A stretch of 33,524 nucleotides of DNA from a virus (lineage: Duplodnaviria > Caudoviricetes), in the IMG/VR virus record IMGVR_UViG_3300037631_004214, positions 1 through 33,524 of that record. One strand, given 5' to 3'. Under the pieces are notes generated by a model, which saw only the letters and a list, made by a program, of their open reading frames with translations, was not told the origin of the DNA and made no database searches. Position numbers and translations under genes: made by a program. This document shows, in pieces, positions 18,845-28,200 of this stretch; position 1 is the first letter of the stretch; every line of letters begins with the position of its first letter.

Positions 18845-19917
18845 TGGCGAAGAAAAAAGAAGCAATACAGGCAAGAGCGACCGCTGCAGTACGCAAGTCG
18901 TTCAATTTATCTAATTTTAAAAAGAAGAAAGGTTTTTCTAATGCTTCTGTTAAGTTTAAAGAACAGAAATATATACCATTATCTAAAGCTTTTCAAGATA
19001 TTACCTCCTTGCCCGGTATTCCTACCGGTCATATCACTTTATTGCGTGGACATAGTGATACGGGCAAAACTACTGCCCTATTAGAAGCTGCGGTGAATGC
19101 TCAAAAAATGGGCATTCTCCCGGTTTTTATAATCACGGAGATGAAGTGGTCGTGGGAACATGCTAAAGAAATGGGACTTCAATTTGAAGAAGTAACTGAC
19201 GCTAACGGTACAGTTACAGATTACGAAGGTCATTTCCTTTATGCTGACAGAGGACAATTAAATACTATCGAAGATGTAGCAGTTTATATTGCTGATCTTA
19301 TGGACGAACAGGCTAAAGGTAACTTACCTTTTGATATGTGCTTCTTCTGGGATAGTATTGGCTCAGTACCTTGTGACTTATCAGTACGTTCTAATAAGAA
19401 CAATAATGAATGGAATGCAGGTGCTATGTCTACTCAATTTGGTAATAATCTCAATCAAAAGATTCTTTTATCACGTAAAGAAAACTCTCCGTATACTAAT
19501 ACTTTAGTAGCTATCAATAAAGTCTGGACTATGAAACCAGAAAGTCCAATGGGACAGCCAAAGCTACAAAATAAAGGAGGGATGTCTATGTGGTACGATG
19601 CTACCTTAGTTATTACATTTGGTAATATCACTAATCCTGGTACTTCAAAGATAAAAGCTATTAAAAATGGCATGCAAGTAGAATTTGCTAAACGTACTAA
19701 CATTCAGGTTGAAAAGAATCATATTGGTGGAGTTCAATCTAGAGGTAGAGTAGTTATGACAGCACATGGATTTATACCAGATGATAAGAGGGAGATTGAT
19801 AAGTACAAAGATACTCATAAAGAACATTGGCTAAAATTAGTAGGTTCTATTGACTTTGATCTTATAGAAGAAGGAGATTTAGAAGAAACACCTATAACTC
19901 CTAACCTACTTGATTAA
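18844..19917 (+). CDS. recA: RecA/UvsX-like recombinase
   Basis: GIPTGHITLLRGHSDTGKTT (Walker A), FFWDSIGS (Walker B), KGG, VEKNH. Confidence 0.88.
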   Translation: MAKKKEAIQARATAAVRKSFNLSNFKKKKGFSNASVKFKEQKYIPLSKAFQDITSLPGIPTGHITLLRGHSDTGKTTALLEAAVNAQKMGILPVFIITEMKWSWEHAKEMGLQFEEVTDANGTVTDYEGHFLYADRGQLNTIEDVAVYIADLMDEQAKGNLPFDMCFFWDSIGSVPCDLSVRSNKNNNEWNAGAMSTQFGNNLNQKILLSRKENSPYTNTLVAINKVWTMKPESPMGQPKLQNKGGMSMWYDATLVITFGNITNPGTSKIKAIKNGMQVEFAKRTNIQVEKNHIGGVQSRGRVVMTAHGFIPDDKREIDKYKDTHKEHWLKLVGSIDFDLIEEGDLEETPITPNLLD

Positions 19918-20948
19918 TGGCGTACGATGACATTCTTAATAATTTAAAACAGACCCCACCCCGATCGCTAAATGATCATATACTGATTGTTGATGCTATG
20001 AATATGCTCATTAGATCATTTTCATTACTCAAAGCGATGAACCCCGACGGCCACCACATCGGTGGCCTGGTTGGGTTTTTAAGGTCATTGGGGTATGTTA
20101 CTAGAATATTTGATCCAACAAGAGTCATAGTAGTATGGGACGGTAAAGGCGGTTCTGCGAATCGTAAAAATATTGATCCTAACTACAAAGCTCAACGTGC
20201 TACATCGAGAATTACCCATTGGGGGTTATATGATACTAAAGAACAAGAAACCGAAGCTCTTATCGGACAGCTTTATAGAGTCCAAGACTATTTAGAATGC
20301 TTACCAGTTCATCAGATAGGAATGGAAAAATTAGAAGCTGATGATATTATAGCATATATAGCACAAAAAGCTTCTATATCTTCAGTAAAAAAATGTACTA
20401 TAATTTCTTCAGATAAAGACTTCTTACAATTAGTAGACGATACTATAGAGGTATATGCTCCAGTTAAGAAGAAAACATTTACTCAAGATAATATATTCGA
20501 GGAATTAAAAGTTCTTCCAGAGAATTATAATGTAGTTAAAGCATTACTAGGAGATAATTCAGATAATTTACCAGGAGTGAAAGGCTTAGGAATTAAAACA
20601 ATAATTTCAGAATTCCCTGAACTTCTAACTAACCCTAAGTCTAACTTACAGTATGTATATGATACATGTGCTTCCAAACTGGATGAAAAGAAAGTAAAGA
20701 AGATATTTCCTAAAATTTTAACAGAGTGGGATAGAGTAGAGACTAATTTTACTTTAATGGATTTAAGTGTTTCTGATTTAGATGATAAAGAAAAAGAAAT
20801 AGTTAATGAAACTATAAAAGCACCTATTCCCGATATACAGACTGGTGGATTCTTACATTTGTTAGGGTTAGATAAAATAGAGGGTATTACAAAGAATACT
20901 GAAGGTTGGTTAGAAAACTTTAGAGGTCTTACAACAGTAAAAAAATAG
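19917..20948 (+). CDS. 5'-3' exonuclease / flap endonuclease (PolI N-terminal, T4 RNase H-like)
   Basis: LIVDAMN, VVWDG, YKAQR, EADDIIAY, SSDKDFLQL and LGDNSDNLPGVKGLGIKT (H3TH). Confidence 0.93.
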   Translation: MAYDDILNNLKQTPPRSLNDHILIVDAMNMLIRSFSLLKAMNPDGHHIGGLVGFLRSLGYVTRIFDPTRVIVVWDGKGGSANRKNIDPNYKAQRATSRITHWGLYDTKEQETEALIGQLYRVQDYLECLPVHQIGMEKLEADDIIAYIAQKASISSVKKCTIISSDKDFLQLVDDTIEVYAPVKKKTFTQDNIFEELKVLPENYNVVKALLGDNSDNLPGVKGLGIKTIISEFPELLTNPKSNLQYVYDTCASKLDEKKVKKIFPKILTEWDRVETNFTLMDLSVSDLDDKEKEIVNETIKAPIPDIQTGGFLHLLGLDKIEGITKNTEGWLENFRGLTTVKK

Positions 20949-20968
20949 TAAAAAAAATGTATTCATCT

Positions 20969-21000
20969 AGTTGGTTATTAACTTATAATTAACTATATTA
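20969..21000 (+). promoter_or_regulatory. Class A promoter AGTTG-N20-TATATTA
   Basis: TTG at 20971-20973 and TATATTA at 20994-21000. Confidence 0.7.
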
Positions 21001-21016
21001 AATTAAAGGTTACAAT

Positions 21017-22363
21017 ATGACATTAAAATCGCTACAGCAATACGGGAAGGGGTTCCAACTTAAAGTTTTAGGTTCATTACTTACAGACAAAAAATTTCTT
21101 CTAAACGTTAGAGATGTATTAAGTGAAGATTACTTCGACGCTGATACCCACAAATGGATTATTAACCAAATTATGAACTATTTCGATAAGTATCATAATA
21201 CGGTTACTATGGATGTACTTAAAGTTGAACTTCAGAAACTAGAAAACGAAGTACTTCAAGTAGCATTAAAAGAAGAACTTAGAAACTCATACGAAGCTTC
21301 TCAGGACGATTTAGATTATGTACAAGAAGAGTTTACTACTTTTTGTAAGAATCAAGAAATGAAACAAGCTATATTGAATTCCGCTGATTTACTTAAACAA
21401 GGCGATTTTGACGGAATAAGAAATATGGTGGAGAAAGCAATGAAAGCTGGTATGGATAAAAATATTGGACATGAATATAATAAAGATGTTGAAACTCGGT
21501 ATAGAGTTGATTACCGTCCTACTATTCCTACTCCTTGGCCTGTACTTAACGATGGAATTCAAGGAGGATTTGGACCTGGCGACCTGGCTATTGTGTTTGG
21601 TAATCCTGGCGGTGGTAAGAGTTGGACTATGGTTGCTATTGCCGCTCATGCTGTTAAGCTTGGGTATAAGGTCAATTATTATACTCTTGAACTCGGGGAA
21701 GACTATGTTGGTAAAAGATTTGACTGCTATTTTACAGGGTACTCTATTGATGAGGTTAATAAACACCGTAAAGAGGTTCAAACATATGTTGACGGGTTAA
21801 AAGGTAAGTTGATAGTTAAAGAATATGCACCTAAGAGTGCGACAGTAAATACCATTAAATCACACATTCAGAAATGTGTTGATATGGATCATAAACCTGA
21901 TATGGTAATTATAGATTATGTTGACTATTTAAGAGCTCCTTCAAGAGGTAAATCTTTCGAAAGAAAAGATGAAATAGATGATGTATTTATTGCCACTAAA
22001 GGATTAGCAAAAGAAATGAAAATTCCTATTCTTACACCATCGCAGGTAAATAGAATGGGTGCAAAAGATTCAGTTATTGAAGGAGATAAAGCAGCAGGCA
22101 GTTACGATAAAATGATGGTAGCAGATATGTGCTTTTCTCTTTCAAGACAAAAAGAAGATAAAGTACTAGGAACAGGAAGATGGCACGTAATGAAAAATAG
22201 GTACGGACAAGACGGGATGACTTATAATTTAAAAATGGATACTAATAATGGCCATATAGATTTTGAAGGTAAAGCAGACCCAGAAGACTTAATACCTGAA
22301 AGTGGGGGACCTAACTTTACTTTGTCACGTGAGAGTATGGCACAGATTTTTGATAAAAAGTAG
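21017..22363 (+). CDS. dnaB: Replicative DnaB-like (gp41-like) helicase
   Basis: GGFGPGDLAIVFGNPGGGKS, YTLEL, IIDYVDYL, SQVNR and KNRYG. Confidence 0.92.
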   Translation: MTLKSLQQYGKGFQLKVLGSLLTDKKFLLNVRDVLSEDYFDADTHKWIINQIMNYFDKYHNTVTMDVLKVELQKLENEVLQVALKEELRNSYEASQDDLDYVQEEFTTFCKNQEMKQAILNSADLLKQGDFDGIRNMVEKAMKAGMDKNIGHEYNKDVETRYRVDYRPTIPTPWPVLNDGIQGGFGPGDLAIVFGNPGGGKSWTMVAIAAHAVKLGYKVNYYTLELGEDYVGKRFDCYFTGYSIDEVNKHRKEVQTYVDGLKGKLIVKEYAPKSATVNTIKSHIQKCVDMDHKPDMVIIDYVDYLRAPSRGKSFERKDEIDDVFIATKGLAKEMKIPILTPSQVNRMGAKDSVIEGDKAAGSYDKMMVADMCFSLSRQKEDKVLGTGRWHVMKNRYGQDGMTYNLKMDTNNGHIDFEGKADPEDLIPESGGPNFTLSRESMAQIFDKK

Positions 22364-22396
22364 AAATTTTTTAGTGATAAACCAAAATATATATGC

Positions 22397-22450
22397 TATT
22401 TATCAAAGCGTCCTCGAGGAACTCAATTTAGATCACTCGAGGACTTTTCT
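22397..22450 (+). promoter_or_regulatory. TATTTAT motif followed by a GC-rich hairpin and T tract (terminator/attenuator-like) upstream of nrdB
   Basis: GTCCTCGAG (22410-22418) / CTCGAGGAC (22436-22444), then TTTTCT. Confidence 0.6.
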
Positions 22451-22481
22451 GTCTTATTAACAATTAAATATATAAAGATAT

Positions 22482-23465
22482 ATGAGCCTATTAGAAGAAC
22501 GTATTGTATACAAACCTTTTGAATATCCAAAAGCTTTTGACTATTGGATGAAACAACAACAAGCACATTGGTTACACACAGAAGTACCAATGTCACAAGA
22601 TGTAAGCGATTGGGCTAGTAATTTAAAACCGCATGAAAAAAACGTAGTAGGTGGAATATTAAAAGGTTTTGCTCAAACGGAAACGATTGTAAATGATTAC
22701 TGGTCTACATTAGTAACAAAATGGTTTAGAAAACCTGAAATTATTATGATGGGCACAACATTAGGCTCATCAGAAACTATACATGCAGAGGCTTATTCAC
22801 TGTTAAACGAGCAGTTAGGGTTAGATAACTTTGCAGAATTTTTAGAAGATGAAGCTACAATGGCTAAGATAGAAAATCTTATGAATGTAAGAGATGGTCA
22901 TGATGGAACTCCTAACTGGCATGATAGAGCTAAATCTTTAGCAATTTTTTCTGCATTTACAGAAGGAGTAAATCTTTTTAGTTCATTTGCAGTTTTACTT
23001 TCTTTCAAAATGAGAAATCTTCTGAAAGGAGTAGGTCAAATAGTTGAATGGTCTGTAAGAGATGAAAGCTTACATTCAGAGGCAGGATGCTGGTTATTTA
23101 AGACCTTAATGGAAGAACATCCAGAATTTAAAACACCTGAATTAATCAAAGATATCGAGGAAGCAGCAAAAGGAGCATTACAGTTAGAATTTGATTTTAT
23201 TGATAAAATTTTCGAAATGGGAGATCTAGAAAATTTATCTAAAGATGAACTTAAGAATTTTATTCGTCATAGAGTTAATACTAAGATGGGTGATTTAGGA
23301 TTAAGTCCGATAGTACCATCTTCTGAAATAGATAAAGGTGCTTTGAAAACTATGAAATGGTTCGATGCAGTAATAGCAGGTAAACAGCAAACAGACTTTT
23401 TCGCAAACAGAGTTACAAATTATTCAAAAGGTCACATTGATTGGGACCCAGCATCAATGTTTTAA
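22482..23465 (+). CDS. nrdB: Class I ribonucleotide reductase beta subunit
   Basis: YKPFEYP, W..TEV, FAQTE, SETIHAEAY, TEGVNLFSSF, RDESLH and DFFANRVTNY. Confidence 0.96.
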   Translation: MSLLEERIVYKPFEYPKAFDYWMKQQQAHWLHTEVPMSQDVSDWASNLKPHEKNVVGGILKGFAQTETIVNDYWSTLVTKWFRKPEIIMMGTTLGSSETIHAEAYSLLNEQLGLDNFAEFLEDEATMAKIENLMNVRDGHDGTPNWHDRAKSLAIFSAFTEGVNLFSSFAVLLSFKMRNLLKGVGQIVEWSVRDESLHSEAGCWLFKTLMEEHPEFKTPELIKDIEEAAKGALQLEFDFIDKIFEMGDLENLSKDELKNFIRHRVNTKMGDLGLSPIVPSSEIDKGALKTMKWFDAVIAGKQQTDFFANRVTNYSKGHIDWDPASMF

Positions 23466-23475
23466 AATAAAATTT

Positions 23476-25191
23476 ATGAGTACTATAATAGATACTTCCG
23501 AATGGGAGTTAGGGAAAGATTACCCTGAATGGATGAATGAAGTTTCTTTAGCTACAATATCAAAAGGTTACTTACTACCAGATGAAACCCCTAGAAAAGC
23601 ATATAGAAGAGTAGCTGAAAGAATAGCTAAAAGATTAGATCGTCCTGATTTAGCGAATAAGTTTTTTCGTTATATGTGGAAAGGATGGTTGAACTTAGCC
23701 TCACCTGTACTATCTAATACAGGGACCGATAGAGGATTACCAATCTCATGCTTTGGTATTGATACACCTGATTCAATTAGAGGTATTGGGTTAACTAATG
23801 CTGAGCTTATGAGATTGACCTCTTTAGGTGGTGGAGTAGGTATAGGACTTTCGAAAGTAAGAGGAAGAGGTCAAAAGATAGGCAAAGATGATATGGGACA
23901 ATCAGAAGGAATTGTACCTTGGGCTAAGATATATGATTCTACTATAATTGCTACAAACCAAGGAGCAGTAAGAAGAGGTGCAGCCTCTGTAAATCTCGAT
24001 ATTAATCATCCTGATATAGAAGAGTATCTACAAATCAGAAGACCTAAAGGAGATCCAAATAGACAATGTCTCAACCTACATCAATGTGTAGTAGTAGATG
24101 ATAAGTTTATGCAAAAACTAGAACATAGAGACCCTTCAGCTATGAAGCTTTGGGTAGAAATATTAAAATCTAGGGTAGAGACTGGTGAACCTTACATTAT
24201 GTATAAAGACAATGTAAATAAATCAAATCCACCAGCATATGTTAAGAATAATTTAGAAGTTTCAATGACAAATATATGTTCTGAAATCACATTATTTACT
24301 GATGAGGAGCATTCTTTTATATGTTGCTTATCTTCTGTTAATTTATCTAAATGGCATGAATGGAAAAACACCGATTTAGTAGAAACTGCAATATATTTTC
24401 TAGATGGAGTGTTGGAAGAGTTTTTAGCTAAAACTTCTGGAAGAGAATCTTTAGTAAGAGCACATCGTTCTGCTAAAAAAGGAAGAGCTATTGGTTTAGG
24501 AGTGTTAGGATGGCATACTTTATTACAAAACGAAAAAATACCATTTAATTCTATCTCAGCTACTTCTTTAACGCATCAAATTTTTTCTAAAATTAGAAAT
24601 GAAGCAGAACAAGCTTCTAGAAAACTAGCAGATGAATACGGAGAACCAGTTTGGTGTAGAGGAACAGGAATGAGGAACAGTCATTTACTAGCAATAGCAC
24701 CAACAGTATCTAATTCTACTATATCTGGCGGAGTTTCTGCAGGAATTGAACCAGTCCCAGCTAATGTTTACACTTTTAACTCTGCAAAGGGTACTTTTAT
24801 TCGTAAAAACCCTGCTTTAGTATCTTTTCTTGAAGAAAAAGGTGCAAACACAGAGGAAGTATGGGATCAAATTATGAAAGATAGAGGATCAGTTGCTAAT
24901 TTACCAGAAGATGTAATGTCTTTAGAAGATAAACAAATATTTTTAACATTTTCGGAAATTAATCAATTGCAGTTAGTAGAACAAGCAGCAGTGCGACAGA
25001 AATACATAGACCAAACTCAATCTTTAAATTTAGCTTTTGATCCTACTGATTCTGCTAGATTTATTAACTTAGTTCACCAGACAGCTTGGAAATTAGGTAT
25101 AAAAACATTATATTATTTAAGAACAGACTCAGTAATCAATGGCGACATAGGTTCAAGAACTTCTGAGGACTGTTTAGCTTGTGATGGTTAA
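23476..25191 (+). CDS. nrdA: Class I ribonucleotide reductase alpha subunit without ATP cone
   Basis: ATG at 23476 (MSTIID); SPVLSN, PISCF, GGGVG, RRGA, TNICSEI, CCLSS, APTVSNS, KTLYYLR and C-terminal CLACDG. Confidence 0.96.
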   Translation: MSTIIDTSEWELGKDYPEWMNEVSLATISKGYLLPDETPRKAYRRVAERIAKRLDRPDLANKFFRYMWKGWLNLASPVLSNTGTDRGLPISCFGIDTPDSIRGIGLTNAELMRLTSLGGGVGIGLSKVRGRGQKIGKDDMGQSEGIVPWAKIYDSTIIATNQGAVRRGAASVNLDINHPDIEEYLQIRRPKGDPNRQCLNLHQCVVVDDKFMQKLEHRDPSAMKLWVEILKSRVETGEPYIMYKDNVNKSNPPAYVKNNLEVSMTNICSEITLFTDEEHSFICCLSSVNLSKWHEWKNTDLVETAIYFLDGVLEEFLAKTSGRESLVRAHRSAKKGRAIGLGVLGWHTLLQNEKIPFNSISATSLTHQIFSKIRNEAEQASRKLADEYGEPVWCRGTGMRNSHLLAIAPTVSNSTISGGVSAGIEPVPANVYTFNSAKGTFIRKNPALVSFLEEKGANTEEVWDQIMKDRGSVANLPEDVMSLEDKQIFLTFSEINQLQLVEQAAVRQKYIDQTQSLNLAFDPTDSARFINLVHQTAWKLGIKTLYYLRTDSVINGDIGSRTSEDCLACDG

Positions 25192-25224
25192 ATATAAGTA
25201 AAACGTTTAAAAGTTATAGATAAC

Positions 25225-25260
25225 TATTTATATTAAATGAGCTCAGTTTATATTAAATGA
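25225..25260 (+). promoter_or_regulatory. Class B TATTTAT motif and 14-bp direct repeat TTTATATTAAATGA at the start of the large adhesin gene
   Basis: Repeat copies at 25227-25240 and 25247-25260. Confidence 0.5.
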
Positions 25261-28200
25261 AGACAGTTAAAATAAAAAACCGGTCTATTGCCGCTGATAT
25301 AAGTATTCTAAAAGTATATCATACATTTCTTGATAATAGTAACCTACTTACCACGGAAGCATCAGCTAGTGGAGTATTTACAGGTAAAGATTTATTTAAT
25401 GGTATAGAGTTTCAAGTAGATGATGATGTAGATCAGTTTGTAATAGAAAATCTAGAACCAGCAGGCTGTGTTGGTGATGAATGTAACGTATGTACAAATA
25501 TAGGCTCAGGTAGTATATCCGGAGAGTTTTCTTCTTCTAATTTTAGCTACTTTATACAACCAGGTAGATTCGGTACCGTAGAGTATAACGGTCAATATAA
25601 TAGACTAATTTCAAGTTCTGATGATATTAATACTACTTTATTTACTCACAACCATTCAGTTTACGGTTCAGTTGAATTAACAGTAACACCTTCAGGTTCT
25701 TTTGAATTCGAAGGGTGGTACGATAATGTAGATAGAGTAGGAACTGCACTTTCAAATAACAGTACTGTAGTAATAACGCAAGATACAATAGATGGATTAG
25801 ATATTCATTCAAATAATTGGTATGTAAAATATGAGAATAATGACCCTCTATTTAAATTAAATGCTATAGATGGAGAAAATATTACAACATTCACTACATC
25901 TTTAAATGAAAATAGTACCCCACATGAATTAGCTAAATTTTACTTTTCTGATATAGACGGAGATGCACTAACAGTCTCACTATCTCCAGATGCAGGAGGA
26001 CATTTTTCATTAACAACTAATTCAAATTATATATCACTTCAACAAGTTACATCATCTTTAGATTATGAAACTAAGACAGTATATAATATGTCAGTTAGTG
26101 TGAGTGATTCTGAAACCACTACATTGCTACCTATTACTGTAAATGTAATAGATAACCTACAACCTAATGTTGTTAATCAGACAATGCCTAATTTTGGGGA
26201 AAATAATCCCGATGGTTTTTCTGCAGGAAATATAGCAACTACAGATCCGGAAGGTGATACCGTTACTTTATATAATATAACTTTACACGCTATTAAACTA
26301 TCAGGTAAATCAATATCAGCATCCTTATATTCTGGATCAGGCTTTTCAGATCCAACCCCTGATGCTTTTGATATCTCACCTAGTGGAGCGATAACTAAGA
26401 AAAGCGGCGCTTTCCTTAATCATAGACTTATTAACGAATATGTTTACAAAGTTTTTGCGGATGATGATTATAATGACGGAACAGCATCCGCATTAATTAC
26501 GATACCTGTTATACCAGATGCTCAAACTGTTACCGTAACAGGAGATGGAGATAATGATGTGTATGTAGTAGAAACAGCACTTTCCGGATCTTCTGTATAT
26601 GACGATATTAGCGGAACTTCAGGTTCTATAGCTACATTTACTGCTAATATACCAGTTACATGGTCCGTAGATGTACCTCATAAGGTAAGCATAAATAACT
26701 CAGGAGAATTATCAGTTTCATCAGATATAAATAATAACTATAATGTAGGAGATACCTTTAGCGTATTAGTTACGGGTACAAGTAGTATTGGACGAACACA
26801 TGATATAGTAATTACGGTAAATATAACACAAGATCAAAGTCCGGCTACAATCACAGGTTTAGGAACATCTTCTTTTGCATATGTAATTGAATCAGCAGTA
26901 GAAGATGATTCTGTATATTTGAGTTCTAACGGATATTCAGGTACTGCATTAAAGTTTGAATCAGATCAAACACCTATAACTTGGTCTATTACACCGACTT
27001 CTAAATTAGAAATAGACTCTTCAGGATTTGTAACACTTGGATCAGACCTTTCAGGTTCTGCTTTCTTCCATCCACAAACTATTGCTAGTCAAGTAGTCGC
27101 AACGAACCAGTTTGACGTTACTTCTTCTTTAGATTTTACATTGCAGATTACAGAAAATACTGCACCGGATATAATATTTAATAATCACGTTTCATCTTTT
27201 GATACGAATTATGCAATAGCAAATAGAAGACTAGTTACAGCATCATTTAATGATGTGGAAGGAGATAGTATAAATCACGGTTCATTTACATTTACCGATA
27301 CATCAGGGCAATTAGATTATGTAAAAGCGGGAGATGTTTACTATATTTACGCACTAAATCCTCTATCAGCTAGTGCTTATTCTTTTGATATAGGAATTGC
27401 AGATGAGCATGGATTCAGCCGAAATGAAGAAACACATACTATAAATGTAGGATTTGCACAAAATTATCCACCTACTATCACCTATAACAACCATACAGTA
27501 AACTTATTTAGTAACTTAGCTGTTTCTGGTGCAACATTAGTAACTGCTTCTATTAGTGATACAGAAGGAGATCCAATAAACTATAGCTCTTTTACACTTA
27601 TTGATCCATCAGGTGAATTAAATGCCGTTCAAGATAGTAGATCAGGCTACGAAGATATTTTCTATATACAAGCTAATCAAAATCTTACATCATTAGATTA
27701 CGAGTTTACTGCTAGTGTTGCAGATAATCATGCTTTTGGAACATCAGATCATTCATTTACTTTACAAGGTTCCTCTACAGGTACATTGAGAAATAATAGC
27801 GTCTTTATAGTTGAAACAGGACTAACAGGCCTAGGATACGAAGCAACAAAAGGATTTGGATCAGGAGCATCAGCTTCATTAGATGTAATTTATTCTCCTA
27901 ACGTAGGAGGTCAGGTCGTACAAGCCTACACATCTACAAACCCAGCAGTACTTGTCGATAGCTTAGGTAATTTAACTTTAGGAGTAGATATGTCAACTAC
28001 TACATCCGGTTCAGGTGATACATATACTTCGGATATTACTTTTACAGACCAGTACGGTAATGTTGGGACAGGAGTTGTTGATGTAGAAGTTACTTACCCT
28101 AATTCTGGTTCATACATAAGTTATTATGGTGTGCAGCCATCTAATGGTAAGGCATCAGGATTAGATGAAACCGGCGGTAACGGTACCGGTAGTTTAGAAA

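Noticed and set aside
23437-23475. Extended nrdA N-terminus given in the ORF track
   Set aside because: Uses a non-ATG start inside nrdB; ATG 23476 with an A/T-rich leader is the more plausible start.
16182-25191. Inteins, introns or homing endonucleases in polA, recA, dnaB or nrdAB
   Set aside because: The proteins are compact with contiguous motifs and no insertions.
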